Source: Octopus sinensis (lineage: Eukaryota). Taken from it: DNA of 64,000 nucleotides. The stretch lies in contig NC_043006.1 of assembly GCF_006345805.1 (NCBI RefSeq), positions 34,348,001 to 34,412,000 of the forward strand, written 5' to 3'. Both the position numbers and the translations under genes were made by a program. The notes below the pieces were generated by a model that was not told the origin of the DNA, ran no database searches, and worked only from the letters and a program-made list of their open reading frames with translations. This document shows positions 24,820 through 37,195 of the stretch, piece by piece; within the stretch, counting starts at the first letter, position 1; each line of letters starts with the position of its first letter.

Positions 24820-26337
24820 TTCCACCACACCACTACCACCACAATTGCTACCACCACTACCACCACCACAGTTGCTGCCAATACAACTGTGATCACTACC
24901 ACCACCACTACCACTGCCACTACCACCACCACCTTCGTTTCTGTGACCACTATCACCACTGCAGCCATCACTGCCACCACCTTTATTTCTGACATTACTA
25001 CAACTACCACCAATACTATTAGCAATAGAAATACCATCAACCAACCACAAGATTCCAGGTTCAGTCCTACCGTGTGTTACCTTGGGCTTGTGTCTTCTAC
25101 TAGCCTCAGGCCAACAACAGCCCTATGAATGTATTTGGAAAATGGAAACTGAAAGAAGCCCATCATGTAAATATATATATATGTATACATTTATATGTGT
25201 TTGTGTCAGTAATTCTCCTCCCCCCACCCCACTGCTTGACAACTGGTGTTGGTGTGTTTATATCCCCATGACTTAGCAGTTTGGTAAAAGAGGCTAATAG
25301 AATAAGTACAAGGCTTAAAAAAAAGTAAGTCCTTAGGACGAATAGTTCAATTACAAATACTTTGAGGTGGTGCTCTAGCATGGCCACAGTCTAATGACTG
25401 AAGCAAATAAAAATATATGTCACTACCACCACCACCACCACCACCAACCATCAGTTTTATTAACAATACTACGTTTTCATCACCCCTGTATTACTTCTAC
25501 AACCACCATGACCACCACCACTAACAATAGCACAACACTACAACTACCACCACCACCACATCTAGCCATGAACATTATCATAAGTACTACAACACCATGA
25601 CCACCATCACTGTCAGTTACCAACATTATCAACAGCATTACACCACTATACTCCAACTCCTACCACCACCATCTCTAGCCATCAACATCATTACTTTCAT
25701 GCTATCAGTAACATCACCACCGCCGCCGCCACCACCACCACCACCACCACCAGCACAACCACCAGCGCCGCCGCCACTTCAATTAGCCAAAGGTTAGTTG
25801 TGGTGGTAGTAGAGACAATAAGGGTCTTCACATGGTTGTCCAACATGCTAGAAATAACAGCTGAAAAATTTCTCAAAAAATAACCTGCATCTTAAAATAC
25901 AGAAAGAATACACTGGATAATGTAGTCATAATGAAAAGACGAGATGGTTATGGCTGGAGTGCCTCTGATGATAAGTCTACTCAGAGCTGACTCGGGGTTA
26001 AACAACTATATCAGTTGTATTATTACCATCACCTACCATTCACTGCACCATTCCAAGTCAACGAAGGTCTAAATATTCACTTGACCTGCTAGAAATAGCA
26101 ACCAAATGTCCTTCAGATCACATATGTTACCTCAGTAATGGACATGTTGGATTAGGGGTCCTAATTTCCTAGCATGTAGGGGGGGGGGGAAAGACCAGAT
26201 GGTCATGGCTGGAAAGCCTTTGATCATAGATCTGCTTGATCAGTGTTGACCTGGGGCTAAACAACAACTTTGCAACATCCCAACTATTGCCAACACCTTA
26301 AATCCTCATCATCATCATCATTTCAACTCCTGCCATC

Positions 26338-26369
<32 letters not shown>

Positions 26370-26700
26370 CAACAACATCATTACCAATACCGCCATGACC
26401 ACCCCACCAGTATCGCTCCTGCCAAAATTCTTCCCCACACAACTGCTACCCACCCCTATTTGATACCCTCATGCTCATTGCAATTATAATCATAAAGAAC
26501 ACCACATCAATTACTGCCAATTTCTTTACCATTACTGTCCTTCCAGCTACCACAACCACCACCACAGTAATACAGCTGCCAATACTACAACCATTACTAA
26601 TACCATATACCTACCACCACCACCACCACCACCACCACTGCCACCGCCGACAACAACAACAACATGGTAAATAAATATGTAATTTCCACCACTACTAGTG
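24820..26700. repeat. Patches of (ACC/CAC/AAC)n low-complexity sequence interspersed with SINEs
   Basis: Imperfect trinucleotide runs at about 24820-25030, 25410-25790 and 26300-26700. Confidence 0.7.
25820..26270 (+). mobile_element. Two copies of unclassified dispersed repeat (family E)
   Basis: TGCTAGAAATA(A/G)CAG...GATGGTCATGGCTGGA...GCTGACCTGGGGCTAAACAACAAC. Related copies lie near 7100, 27350, 27800, 44360, 47770, 54410, 55670 and 58360. Confidence 0.7.
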
Positions 26701-26884
26701 CTATTAATATTGTAGCCAACACCTTTAACACAGTGCAATGTTGTAGCCAACAACATCAACACCAACATCACAATCATTTCCATAGAGTCGCTATGACAGA
26801 GCCTCAAAGTTGTAGCTTGGTCTACTAGAAACAGTAGCCAAATGTTTGTAAAATCACACCCTGATGTTCTGAAATTGTGCTCTG

Positions 26885-27188
26885 TCGGTCGCAACAATGA
26901 GGGTTCCAGTTGACCCGATTAACGGAACAGCCTGCTCGTGAAATTAATGTGTAAGTGGTTGAGTACTCCACAGACACACCCTTAATGTAGTTCACAAGGA
27001 GATTCAGCATGACACAATGTGTGACAAGGTTGGCCCTTTGAAATACAGATACAATTTTTTTTTTGCAAGTTAATTGGATTGGAGCAATGTGAGATAATTG
27101 TCTTGGTCAAGGACACGATGCATGGCCAGGAATCGAACTCATGACCTTACGATCATGTGCCAAATACCCTAACCACCAAACTACATGC
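26885..27188 (-). mobile_element. tRNA-derived SINE (family D)
   Basis: Minus strand reads GGCATGTAGTTTGGTGGTTAGGGT...GAGTTCGATTCC...GTGTCCTTGACCAAGACA. Related copies at about 30570-30712, 35415-35535 and 38975-39285. Confidence 0.7.
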
Positions 27189-28905
27189 CTTAATGCTCCA
27201 TATAAGGACAAGACACATCAGATGTGTCTTGTCCTGCACAATCTTAAAAAAATGAAAGGTTGACCTGGTGCTAAACAACAATACTATAGCTAACTACCTA
27301 AATACCATGAGCCAATACTTAATAGGTTAGTTCACCTCTATGTAGACACCTGACCCTTCTAAAAGTAGCAGCCAAATTTCCCTTAAGTTACACTAGATAA
27401 TAATGATCCTGGGTTTCCTGTACACAGAAAACAGATGGCAGAGTCAGAGTGAAATGGATTTTTTTCTCATAAAGTCTTCTGCATCAGGGCTGACCTGAGG
27501 TTAACCAACAACAACATAACTATCACTTGAACCAACAAGGAACCAGTGTTGGTTTGTTTACATCCCTGTAACATAGCAGTCTGGCAAATGAGATTGATGG
27601 AATAAGTACTAGGGTTGATTTGTTTGACCAAACCCTGCAAAGGAGACCAAGGTGCCACACAGTGGGATTGAACCTGAAACTATGTGGTTTCTGCCTGCTT
27701 GATGATGAGCCATTGTTCATGTGGTTAACTTCTTGCCTATGTCTCATGCAGAGAGGCATCACAACAATAAAAAAACACACAAAAAAAACAAAGGAGCCTC
27801 AACATAGTCATGCAATCTGCTAGAAGTAGCAGTTAAATCTTGGATAAAGGAAGGATATTTTGGACATGGTAGGCCTAAGTATAAAAACAAAATAAGGTGG
27901 TCATGTCTGGAATGCCTTTCATCAGAATTCACTTGTTAAATAGCAACAGCAACATCACTTACCACCACCACCACCACCACCACCACCAACCACCAGCTGT
28001 AGCAGCAAAGTAATCACCAAGATCTGAATTGCTATTCTCATCTTAATAAAGGTATGGATGTGGTGGCATGTGGGTGGGGTGGGGAGGAGAAAGAGAGACC
28101 TACTCGTATCACACACACACACACACACTCCTGTAATTTGCATACTTGTCTTCATCTCCTTCTTGAGAGGAGGGACAGGTAGGTAGATGGAGAACATTTT
28201 AGGAAATTAACAGGAAGTGGAACAAAAGATAATGAGACACACATACACACACATATATATATATATAAACATATGAGAGAGAGAGAGAGATACACACATT
28301 TCTTTCCCATGTGTGTGTGTGTGTGTGTCAATGCACAAATGCATAAACAGTATCCTTCAGTGCTATACAAGAGACATCAGAAGCTGTTCTGTGATGCATT
28401 TAACAGGAACAAATGCAGGCACTGAGCAGGTGAGTCTGTAGCATAAACAGGTTGCCTTGGTGTATCAGAAGGAGAGGTGGTAGGTTCAATATTCAAGCTG
28501 CCTGATGGAGTACTGATTCGTCTTTACACAGCTTCAGTAATGGAAGTAGGATAATAGTTTTGCCACCATCACCACCATTATCAACAAGCCAAGAGAAGAA
28601 GCATGAAGAAGCAGCCAAGTTTGGATCACCATGCGCTTCCATCAACACTCATTAGATAATGTAGTCCTACATACTTCATAAATGATGCAATGATCACATC
28701 TGGGAAGTATTTAACCACCGGATTGCATAACCATTGCTGACTTTGGGGGGTGGGGGTGCTAACTGACAACAAAAAGACAAGAGGTCAAGGCTGCATGATC
28801 AAAGCTGACCTTGAGCTAAACATTAAGAATAAAACAACTATGGTATCAAAGAGGAGTCTGGTTTTTTTGTTCAGTTAGGCAAACTGGATCAAAAAGTGTC
28901 TTTAA

Positions 28906-29124
28906 CCCTTTCATACTGTATTTATTTTGAGATGCTCTGTGTTTCTTTCAATCACTTTAAATATAACAAAGAATTTAGTAAAATAACTTAGTTATCATTC
29001 AGCTAGTGTTAGGAACATGAATTGTGACTAAGGTTTGGTGGAAGATTTTAATTCAAAACTTATGAAAACAAGACATTTGTAGTCATAGCCGGAGCTGGTT
29101 TCAGCCGGGTTGGTAACGAAAGGG
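28906..29124. mobile_element. piggyBac-like (TTAA) MITE
   Basis: TTAA-CCCTTTC ... GAAAGGG-TTAA termini, 219 bp. A second copy is at 17890-18109. Confidence 0.85.
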
Positions 29125-29619
29125 TTAAAGCATGTTCATCAAACAGAATTCAAACAGACAAAGACCTGAATTGTATGAAAGTATTATCGTCATTTAGCAT
29201 CTGTTTTTCACGCTGGCATGGGTTGGATGGTTTGACTGGAAACTGGTAAGCTGGAGAGCTGCACCAGGTTTCAATCTTATACATATATGAAATGTGGTCT
29301 TGTACAAAGTACTGGAATTGGTGCCATGTAAAAAGCACCCAGCACACTCTGCAAAGTAGTTAGCAATAGGAAAGGGATCAGGGTGTAGAAACCATGCCAA
29401 AACAGACAATGGAATGTGGTGTGGCTCCTGGCCTAGCCAGCCCCTGTCACACCTTCAAACCCAAAACAGTATGGACCCTGCCCCCATTGATAATGATGAT
29501 GATGTAAAAGGCTCACAGCAGTCAAGTAGCTTAACCTTGCAGTCAGTGTTCTTTAAAACAAATATCCAAAATTCTATGTGTGTGGGATGGATGGAAAGAG
29601 AGAGAGCAAGAGCGAGATG

Positions 29620-29660
29620 AATAGACAGACAGACAGACAGATAGAGAGAGAGAGAGAAAA

Positions 29661-29709
<49 letters not shown>

Positions 29710-29710
29710 G

Positions 29711-29776
<66 letters not shown>

Positions 29777-29795
29777 CCAGATAGATAGATAGCCG
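29620..29795. repeat. Compound (GACA)n/(GA)n/(GATA)n microsatellite
   Basis: Directly visible tetranucleotide runs. Confidence 0.95.
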
Positions 29796-30074
29796 GATAT
29801 TGCTTCTGGATTAAGGTATTCCTAAATCAGAGTGACACTGATATTGTGCCAGTAGCCACTTCCTACTCAAATTCAATTCAGAAGCCAGTCATGACATCCC
29901 TTGACACATATTGAGTGACATTGGGGTCAACATGCTGGGTGGTGTTGGTGGGGGGTTGGATTATCAAAATATAAAATTGAAGGTGTTGATATATGAATGT
30001 TGTCATTGTTGCCGCCACCACCACCACCACCACTCTCATGATTATCATTACTACTATCACTGCTGCCACTACTA

Positions 30075-30370
30075 TTTTTATGTCCATTTTCCCATGTTTA
30101 AATAGGTTGGGCAGATCTTGTCCATGTTCTCTAGCACAGCATTTGGCCAGGTTTTGCAGTTCTTTGTAATTTCCATCAGAACACAGCTTGTTGAGATCAG
30201 TCTTCACTATGTCTTCCTACAGTTTCCTTCCACCTGAACTGCCTGGCAATCCTTTACCCAATAACCATATCCATCACCATACCTGTTCAGTTTTCTCTCT
30301 TGCACACTACATGAAGAGCTTACTTTCAAAACCAGATATATGCATTGGAATTGCTTTTGAGTAATTGTTT
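30075..30370 (-). pseudogene. RTE-clade LINE 3' end (second subtype)
   Basis: CSVQERKLNRYG...WVKDCQAVQVEGNCRKT and VKTDL resemble the RTE ending ERRLRWYGH...VEG-GRGRPRKTW-EVVK-DL. It ends CATGGGAAAATGGACATAAAA, similar to the family C SINE tail. Confidence 0.65.
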
Positions 30371-31231
30371 CAAACAGGAGACCCCCTTCGGTCATGAATG
30401 ACCATGGGATTGCACCTAGAAAGTTACCCTCCCAGGCACAAGTCCAGGCAAGGTTGTTTGTGGAAGGCCAGCAGTCGCCCATGCATACCAGCCTCCCCTC
30501 TCCACACCACATGTTATCCAAGAGAAAGGCAAAGGGGCCGATACAGCTTGGCACCAGTGATGTCGCAATTCATTTCTACAGCTAAGTGAACTGGAGCAAC
30601 AAAAAATAAAGTGTCTTGTTCAAGAACACAACATGCAGCCCAGTCCAGGAACTGAACTCACAACCTCATGATCGTAAGCTTGATGCTCTAACCACTGAGC
30701 CATGCACCTTCAAACAACAACTTGAATATATCTGATTTTGATAGGAAGACTAAGATTCGCCTCCTCTCTATATGGCATCTATCCCAGTTTGACAGAAAAA
30801 CATTTCGCGTGCATGAAGCCAGCAGCTTGCAGCAGATTGTATTTTAATGATTATCATGAAATCGACCAAATATGCACTTACACCGCTTTTGAAAGTCAGC
30901 TCTTCACATAAGATTCCAATTGTAACCAGGTATTCTTTCAGCTTATTTGTGTTCCATTGTTTATGCACACATCACACATGTAGCATTACACATGTAATAG
31001 AGCATGTACCCCACCCCATTTCTTTCCACCTGTCATACATCTTCTGCTGCATTCAATGCTTGTATTTCACTCACATGTAGTATAACACTTGATGCACAAG
31101 AATCACAGAGGTAAATACTTCCGATGTGTGTGTGTGAGTAAGTAAGTATAAACATGAATGCGAATGTAGACGCAACACAGACACACATGTGTGTATAAGA
31201 GTGAAAGAGACAGGCCATTATATTTGCTTAC

Positions 31232-31320
31232 CTTCAGTTTTCCATGCAGTTAAGAATTAATCAATGTAATGAACACTTACCTGAAAAATAAAGAGAATAA
31301 CAAATAAAGATTAAGAGAGA
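31232..31320 (-). other. Candidate recursive splice site (AG|GTAAGT) with 49-nt cryptic exon
   Basis: Minus strand TCTCTCTTAATCTTTATTTGTTATTCTCTTTATTTTTCAG|GTAAGT, with a second donor GAAG|GTAAGC 49 nt downstream. All three frames of the 49 nt contain stops. Confidence 0.55.
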
Positions 31321-32321
31321 TTCAAAGATTTATCAAATCATATATAAACATAGGAATTAGGCAGAATTCAACAAATGAATTGAATAATGGTTGTATGTAA
31401 GAAATAGCATAATGTGTTGGGATGGCTGTGTGGTTAAAGAGTTCACTTTGCAATTGGTGTTCTTGTATTTGGTCTGTCTGTGCTGTACCTTCAACATTTG
31501 TCCTCTAGCATAGCTTGGAGTTGACTAAAGCCTCATGATTGAAACACGATAGATAGAAACTGTGCCAGTCAGATGTAGATACACGTCTATCCAATTAGCA
31601 TATTAAAAAAGGCAGCTTTGTTATACATGTTTAAAATACATGTGGTGCTTTGGTGGGAAAAGTGTTTTCTACTATAGCCCTCGGCCAGCTGAAGCTGTCT
31701 GAGTGGATTTGGTAAATGGAAAGTGAAAGATGCCCAATGTGTGTGTATGTGCATATGCATGTGTGATAGTCATAAAACAAATGTCATCATCAGGTAAATG
31801 GTGTTCTTCATTTCCAACTTTTCTTGGAAACAGGTCTGGTCATTGGATGGGGGGGGGGGGATATTACCTTACCTGGAAACAGGTGAGGGTTGGTGACAGG
31901 AAGGGCATCCAGTTGTAGCAAACCCACCCAAGCAAATTCCAGTTGACCCATGCAGTCATGGAAAAGATGTTAAAACGACGATGATAAAGATTGTGATGAT
32001 GATATTAACAGACGAGGTTCTCTGTATGTAGTTATTATGTAAGAGCAGTCAGCAAACATGTTAATCCCTTTGACATCCACAGTAGATGAGCCCTCATTCA
32101 GTTAATAGGAATTGACTTGTAGCCCAAAATGTTGGACAGGGCCATCTCAGACAACAGTCAGTTATTGTCAAGTGAATGAGTGCAGCAGAATTTTTCTCTG
32201 CTGATGCATGTTTTCTAACTGAACTCACACAATAAATAATTTAAACTATGTCTGGAAATGAAAGTTATTTTTTGCCATTCTTTCTCACTAATCCATTTTC
32301 TTTTCTTTTTTTTTTTTTTAT

Positions 32322-32765
32322 TCTTTTATTTGTTCCAGTCATTTGACTGCAGCCATGCTGGAGCACCACCTTTAGTCGAACAAATCAACTCCAGGACTTA
32401 TTCTATTGGTCACTTTTGTTGAACCGCTAAGTGACACGCAACCATCGGATGTCAAGCGATGGTGGGGGACAAACACAGACACACAAACACACATATGTGT
32501 ATATATATATATATGTGTAATAAGATAAAAAAACCAAGGCTGTATAGATATTAGAGCATTTATAGATATCTATAAATGTTCTAATATCTATACAGCCTTG
32601 GTTTTTTTATCTTATTATGCAAAAAATTCTTATATACACACGCTGACGTAGAACCAACATTAAACCTTTTATTCGCAATATTACCGAATCTGGAACTTAA
32701 CTTTGGTCTGTCTATAGCACTTATTCAGCATTACGGGACACCTTTGGGTCTCAATGACACCATTA

Positions 32766-32826
<61 letters not shown>

Positions 32827-32985
32827 CATACACACAATGGGCTTTCAGTTTCCGTTCAAATCCACTCACAAGGCTTTGGTTGGCCTGAGGCTATAGTAGA
32901 AGACACTGGCCCAAGGTCCCACGCAGTGGGACTGAACCCAGAACCATGTGGCTGGTAAACAAGCTACTTACCACACAGCTACTCC
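32322..32985 (-). mobile_element. Family A SINE interrupted at its (TA)n by a palindrome-headed insert
   Basis: The two SINE halves flank an insert at about 32518-32770. Confidence 0.8.
32518..32617. repeat. 100-bp spacerless palindrome
   Basis: Two 50-bp arms centred between 32567 and 32568, with a single G/T mismatch. Confidence 0.95.
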
Positions 32986-33379
32986 ATGTGTATATATATA
33001 TTTGTGTATGAAATACCAGCATTCAAAAATAAATAAATAAATAAGTCAGTGCTTCAATGAAAATACCTTGTATTATCATTTTGATTCCTATCAGTTGCTA
33101 CTCTTTACAGCCAATTGACTTTGTTTTGCATTCTCCTTTGAGATTGATAACATAAGTAGCAGACAAAGAACACAATCAGATTAGTTTGGGAATATTGAGA
33201 ATGTATTGTTGCAACATAAACCACAGTTCATAACGATAAGAGAGAGAGAGGGATTTTTAACTTAGCAACAACAACAGCCACAGATTTTGCAAGAGCATAT
33301 AACTCAACTATCCATTTCTCCTCCCCTTTACACTGTTCTTCAATGGTACTCATTTTATTAACCTTGGAATAAAGAAAGG

Positions 33380-33428
33380 CAATATATATGTGTATATAAA
33401 TACATACATACATACATATATATATATA

Positions 33429-33461
<33 letters not shown>

Positions 33462-33629
33462 ATACATATATATAATATATAATACATACATATATAATAT
33501 ATATATATACATAATATATATATATTATATATATACACATATATATATATATATTATATACATACATATTATATATATATATACATACATATATATATAA
33601 TATATATACATACATATATATATATATAT

Positions 33630-33680
<51 letters not shown>

Positions 33681-33751
33681 ATATATACATACATATATAT
33701 ATATACATACATACATAATATATATATATATATACATACACATACATATAT

Positions 33752-33784
<33 letters not shown>

Positions 33785-34012
33785 CATACATATATATATA
33801 TATATATATACATACATATATATATATATATACCTACATATATATACATACATATACATACATATATATATATATATACATACATATAATATATACATAC
33901 ATATTATATATATATACATATATATATACATATACATATATATATATACATAATATATATATACATACTATATATATACATACATATATATATATATACA
34001 TACATATATAAT

Positions 34013-34043
<31 letters not shown>

Positions 34044-34092
34044 TATACATACATATATATATATCTATATATATATATATCATACATATATA

Positions 34093-34126
<34 letters not shown>

Positions 34127-34142
34127 ATATATATATACATAC

Positions 34143-34173
<31 letters not shown>

Positions 34174-34342
34174 TATATATATATATATATTATATACATA
34201 CATATATATATTATATATACATACATATATATATATATATATCTATATATATATATACTACATAATATATATATATCTACATACATATATATACATATAC
34301 ATATATATATACATACATATATTATATACATACATATATATA

Positions 34343-34384
<42 letters not shown>

Positions 34385-34449
34385 CATATATATATATATA
34401 CATACATATATATATATACATACATAATATATATATATATTATATATAT

Positions 34450-34488
<39 letters not shown>

Positions 34489-34501
34489 TATACATACATA
34501 T

Positions 34502-34560
<59 letters not shown>
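33380..34560. repeat. About 1.2-kb mosaic (TA)n/(TACA)n microsatellite
   Basis: Almost pure T/A/C alternation. It is the source of the IYIY-type ORFs. Confidence 0.97.
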
Positions 34561-34561
<1 letters not shown>

Positions 34562-34995
34562 TATCATCATCATCAACATCGTCATTTAACGTCTGCTTTC
34601 TTTGCCGGCATGGGTTGGACGGTTTGACTGTGGATTGGCAAGCCAGTGGCTTCACCAAGCTCCAATCTGATTTGGCAATGTTTCTACAGCTGGATGCCCT
34701 TCCTAATGCCAACCACTACGAGAGTATAGTGGGTGCTATTTACGTGCCACCGGCATGAGGGCCAGTCAGGTGGTACTGGCATCAAGCACACTTGAATGAT
34801 GTTTTTTATGTGCCACTGGCACGGGAGCCAGTCAGGCAGGACTGGCAATGACCACACTTGAATGATGCTTTTTATGTGCCACTGGCACGGGAGCCAGCCA
34901 GGCAGAACTGGCAATGACCACATTCAAATCGTTACCAGCACAGAAGCCCGTCAGGCAGCACTAGCAATGACCATGCTCGAATGGTGCTTTTTATC
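34561..34995 (-). mobile_element. Family C SINE with about three internal ~65-bp units
   Basis: Tail CATCGTCATTTAACGTC, core GGATGCCCTTCCTAATGCCAACC, and repeated GTGCCACTGGCACGGGAGCCAG units. Confidence 0.8.
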
Positions 34996-35548
34996 CATCT
35001 ATCTATATATGTGTACACTCTCAGCTGCACCTGGACCCGGTATAACCTGAATGTATAGAAAGTATAGCTCAAGACTAGAAACCCTATAATGCTGTCCACA
35101 AAAAGATGTGCTATTATCAAAATTTCAGCCATCCAGGTGCAAAACTGTGAATTACAACTTGAAACATGCATGCTTTCATTTTTATGTATTAAGATATATA
35201 AACAAACATACATATACTCCATAATTCACACACACACACACAATGGCCTCTCCTGTTGTAGATGATAAGTGAAGGTTCTGCGATTTCTTGTTGAACAACC
35301 TGCACAAACAGTTTGTTTTTAGGGGTCAAATGTTTATACTGTGCCTTAGCTCCCTCCCTCCATTGAATCAATATTGCATGTATAAGTGCATGTTTTGCTA
35401 CATGTTCATATGATCAGAGAGCAATGTGGGATGAAGTATTTTGCTCAAGAGCATAATGCATTGCTTGGATCAGGAACCAAAACTATGGTCTTGCAATTGT
35501 AAGTGCAATGCCCTGACCACAATGCCATATGCACTCATTATACATATA

Positions 35549-35840
35549 TATAAAATTAGTGTACATTTAAACACAAGAGAGGCGGCCTTTAACAAGTAGC
35601 CTTACATGCTAGAAGAAGCAGTCAAAATGACCAAAACCACATTTAAGAGCAAATTATTTTATTTGCTAATTAGGGTTTGAAACCTAGGTTGTAAAAAAAA
35701 CAAGGTAAAAGATTTTATTTTTCATTCCCTTCGAAATTGCTCTTAAATGTGGTTTTGGTCATTTTGACTGCTTCTTCTAGTGTGTAAGGCTGCCTATTAA
35801 AGGCCACCTATCTTGTGTTTAAATGTACATCAATTTTATA
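35549..35840. repeat. Foldback with roughly 100-bp arms
   Basis: AAAATTAGTGTACATTTAAACACAAG...CATTTAAGAGCAA pairs with TTGCTCTTAAATG...CTTGTGTTTAAATGTACATCAATTTT. Spacer is about 85 bp. Confidence 0.85.
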
Positions 35841-36231
35841 TGGAGAATATGTTGTCTATTGACTTTTCATACATGCTAGGCCACTGGTAGTAAAATATCT
35901 AAAAAAAACTTGCTACCCTATATATTTTTACGTGTATATATATATATATATCGTTGCTATTATGCAAAAGTGTCGTAAGTCTAAAATGTTGCTTTTTCAG
36001 AAAATAAAAAAATAGTTTCACCATTCCATAGCAAAACTGTTGTATTACACTTTGACAATTTTTTTGATACTTCAGCATCTGAAGCAGCTGGAAATATGAT
36101 AGTTTGATTGAAAGAACCAGCCTATTGCAAGCAAAAATAAATACTGAAAAAAGCGCATTTAGCGAAATTTGAACATACGACAGTTTAACATGATAGCAAC
36201 TATATATATATATATATATATATATATTTCT

Positions 36232-36448
36232 TTACTACCCACAAGGGGCTAAACATAGAGGGGACAAACAAGGACAAAGGGATTAAGTCGATTACATCGA
36301 CCCCAGTGTGAAACTGGTACTTAATTTATCGACCCCGAAAGGATGAAAGGCAAAGTCGACCTCAGCGGAATTTGAACTCAGAACGTACAACAGACGAAAT
36401 ACCACTAAGCATTTCGCCCGGCGCGCCAATGTTTCTGCCAGCTCATTG

Positions 36449-36450
<2 letters not shown>
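36232..36450 (-). mobile_element. Family B SINE
   Basis: Young-looking, CpG-retaining reverse-complement copy. Confidence 0.8.
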
Positions 36451-36485
<35 letters not shown>

Positions 36486-36560
36486 TCATCATTTAACGTC
36501 CGCTTTCCATGCTAGCATGGGTTGGACAATTTGATTGAGGACTGGCAAACGAGATGGCTG

Positions 36561-36594
<34 letters not shown>

Positions 36595-36699
36595 CAACAG
36601 GGCGCTGAAAAGTTCCTGGCTCTAAGGGTATTGCAAAAGGCCTTCCAAATTCTTTTACAGTGTTTAGAAAAACTGAAGAACTACACACACACATCTTGA

Positions 36700-36900
36700 G
36701 CAAAACACATCAGTTCACATTGCTCCAGTCCACTCAACTGTAAAGGAGTGACCCTGCAATGGAATAGCCTTCTGATCAGGGGTAATGTCGGCCTGCTCAC
36801 CTTGCCGGCTGAGTGGCATCACTTGAAAGCTAAAACAAAGCAAAGTGCATTGTGACCAGTGATGTATAACAACATCCGACAGTCTCGTCGATCACGAGAT
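36700..36900 (+). mobile_element. SINE fragment with V-domain-like block
   Basis: TTGCTCCAGTCCACTCAACTG...ACCCTGCAATGGAATAGCCTTCTGATCAGGGG resembles the V-SINE core as I recall it. Confidence 0.45.
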
Positions 36901-37147
36901 ATATATGTGTGTGAGTAAACTGAAAGTTAGTAAGGGTTGGGGAGAGGTGGGCAATCTTTTCCTCAATGGAAATTCGGTAATATATAATATATAACCTCTG
37001 AGCAGACAAAGCATGAATATCACAACTTCCTAATATTACTTTCATATTAATTCATGGCATCAGACATTTAAAGAAACAGATTACTTAGGATTCTATGACA
37101 CAAATCATGGACTTCTATTATTCTATAGCAATGCTTCTGCATCTGTG

Positions 37148-37195
<48 letters not shown>

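Noticed and set aside
24763-25797. Thr-rich, Val-rich and poly-Pro ORFs
   Set aside because: They come from (ACC)n low-complexity tracts and SINEs, with no splice or start context.
33228-34712. Many IYIY/MYVY ORFs
   Set aside because: They are translations of (TA)n/(TACA)n microsatellite.
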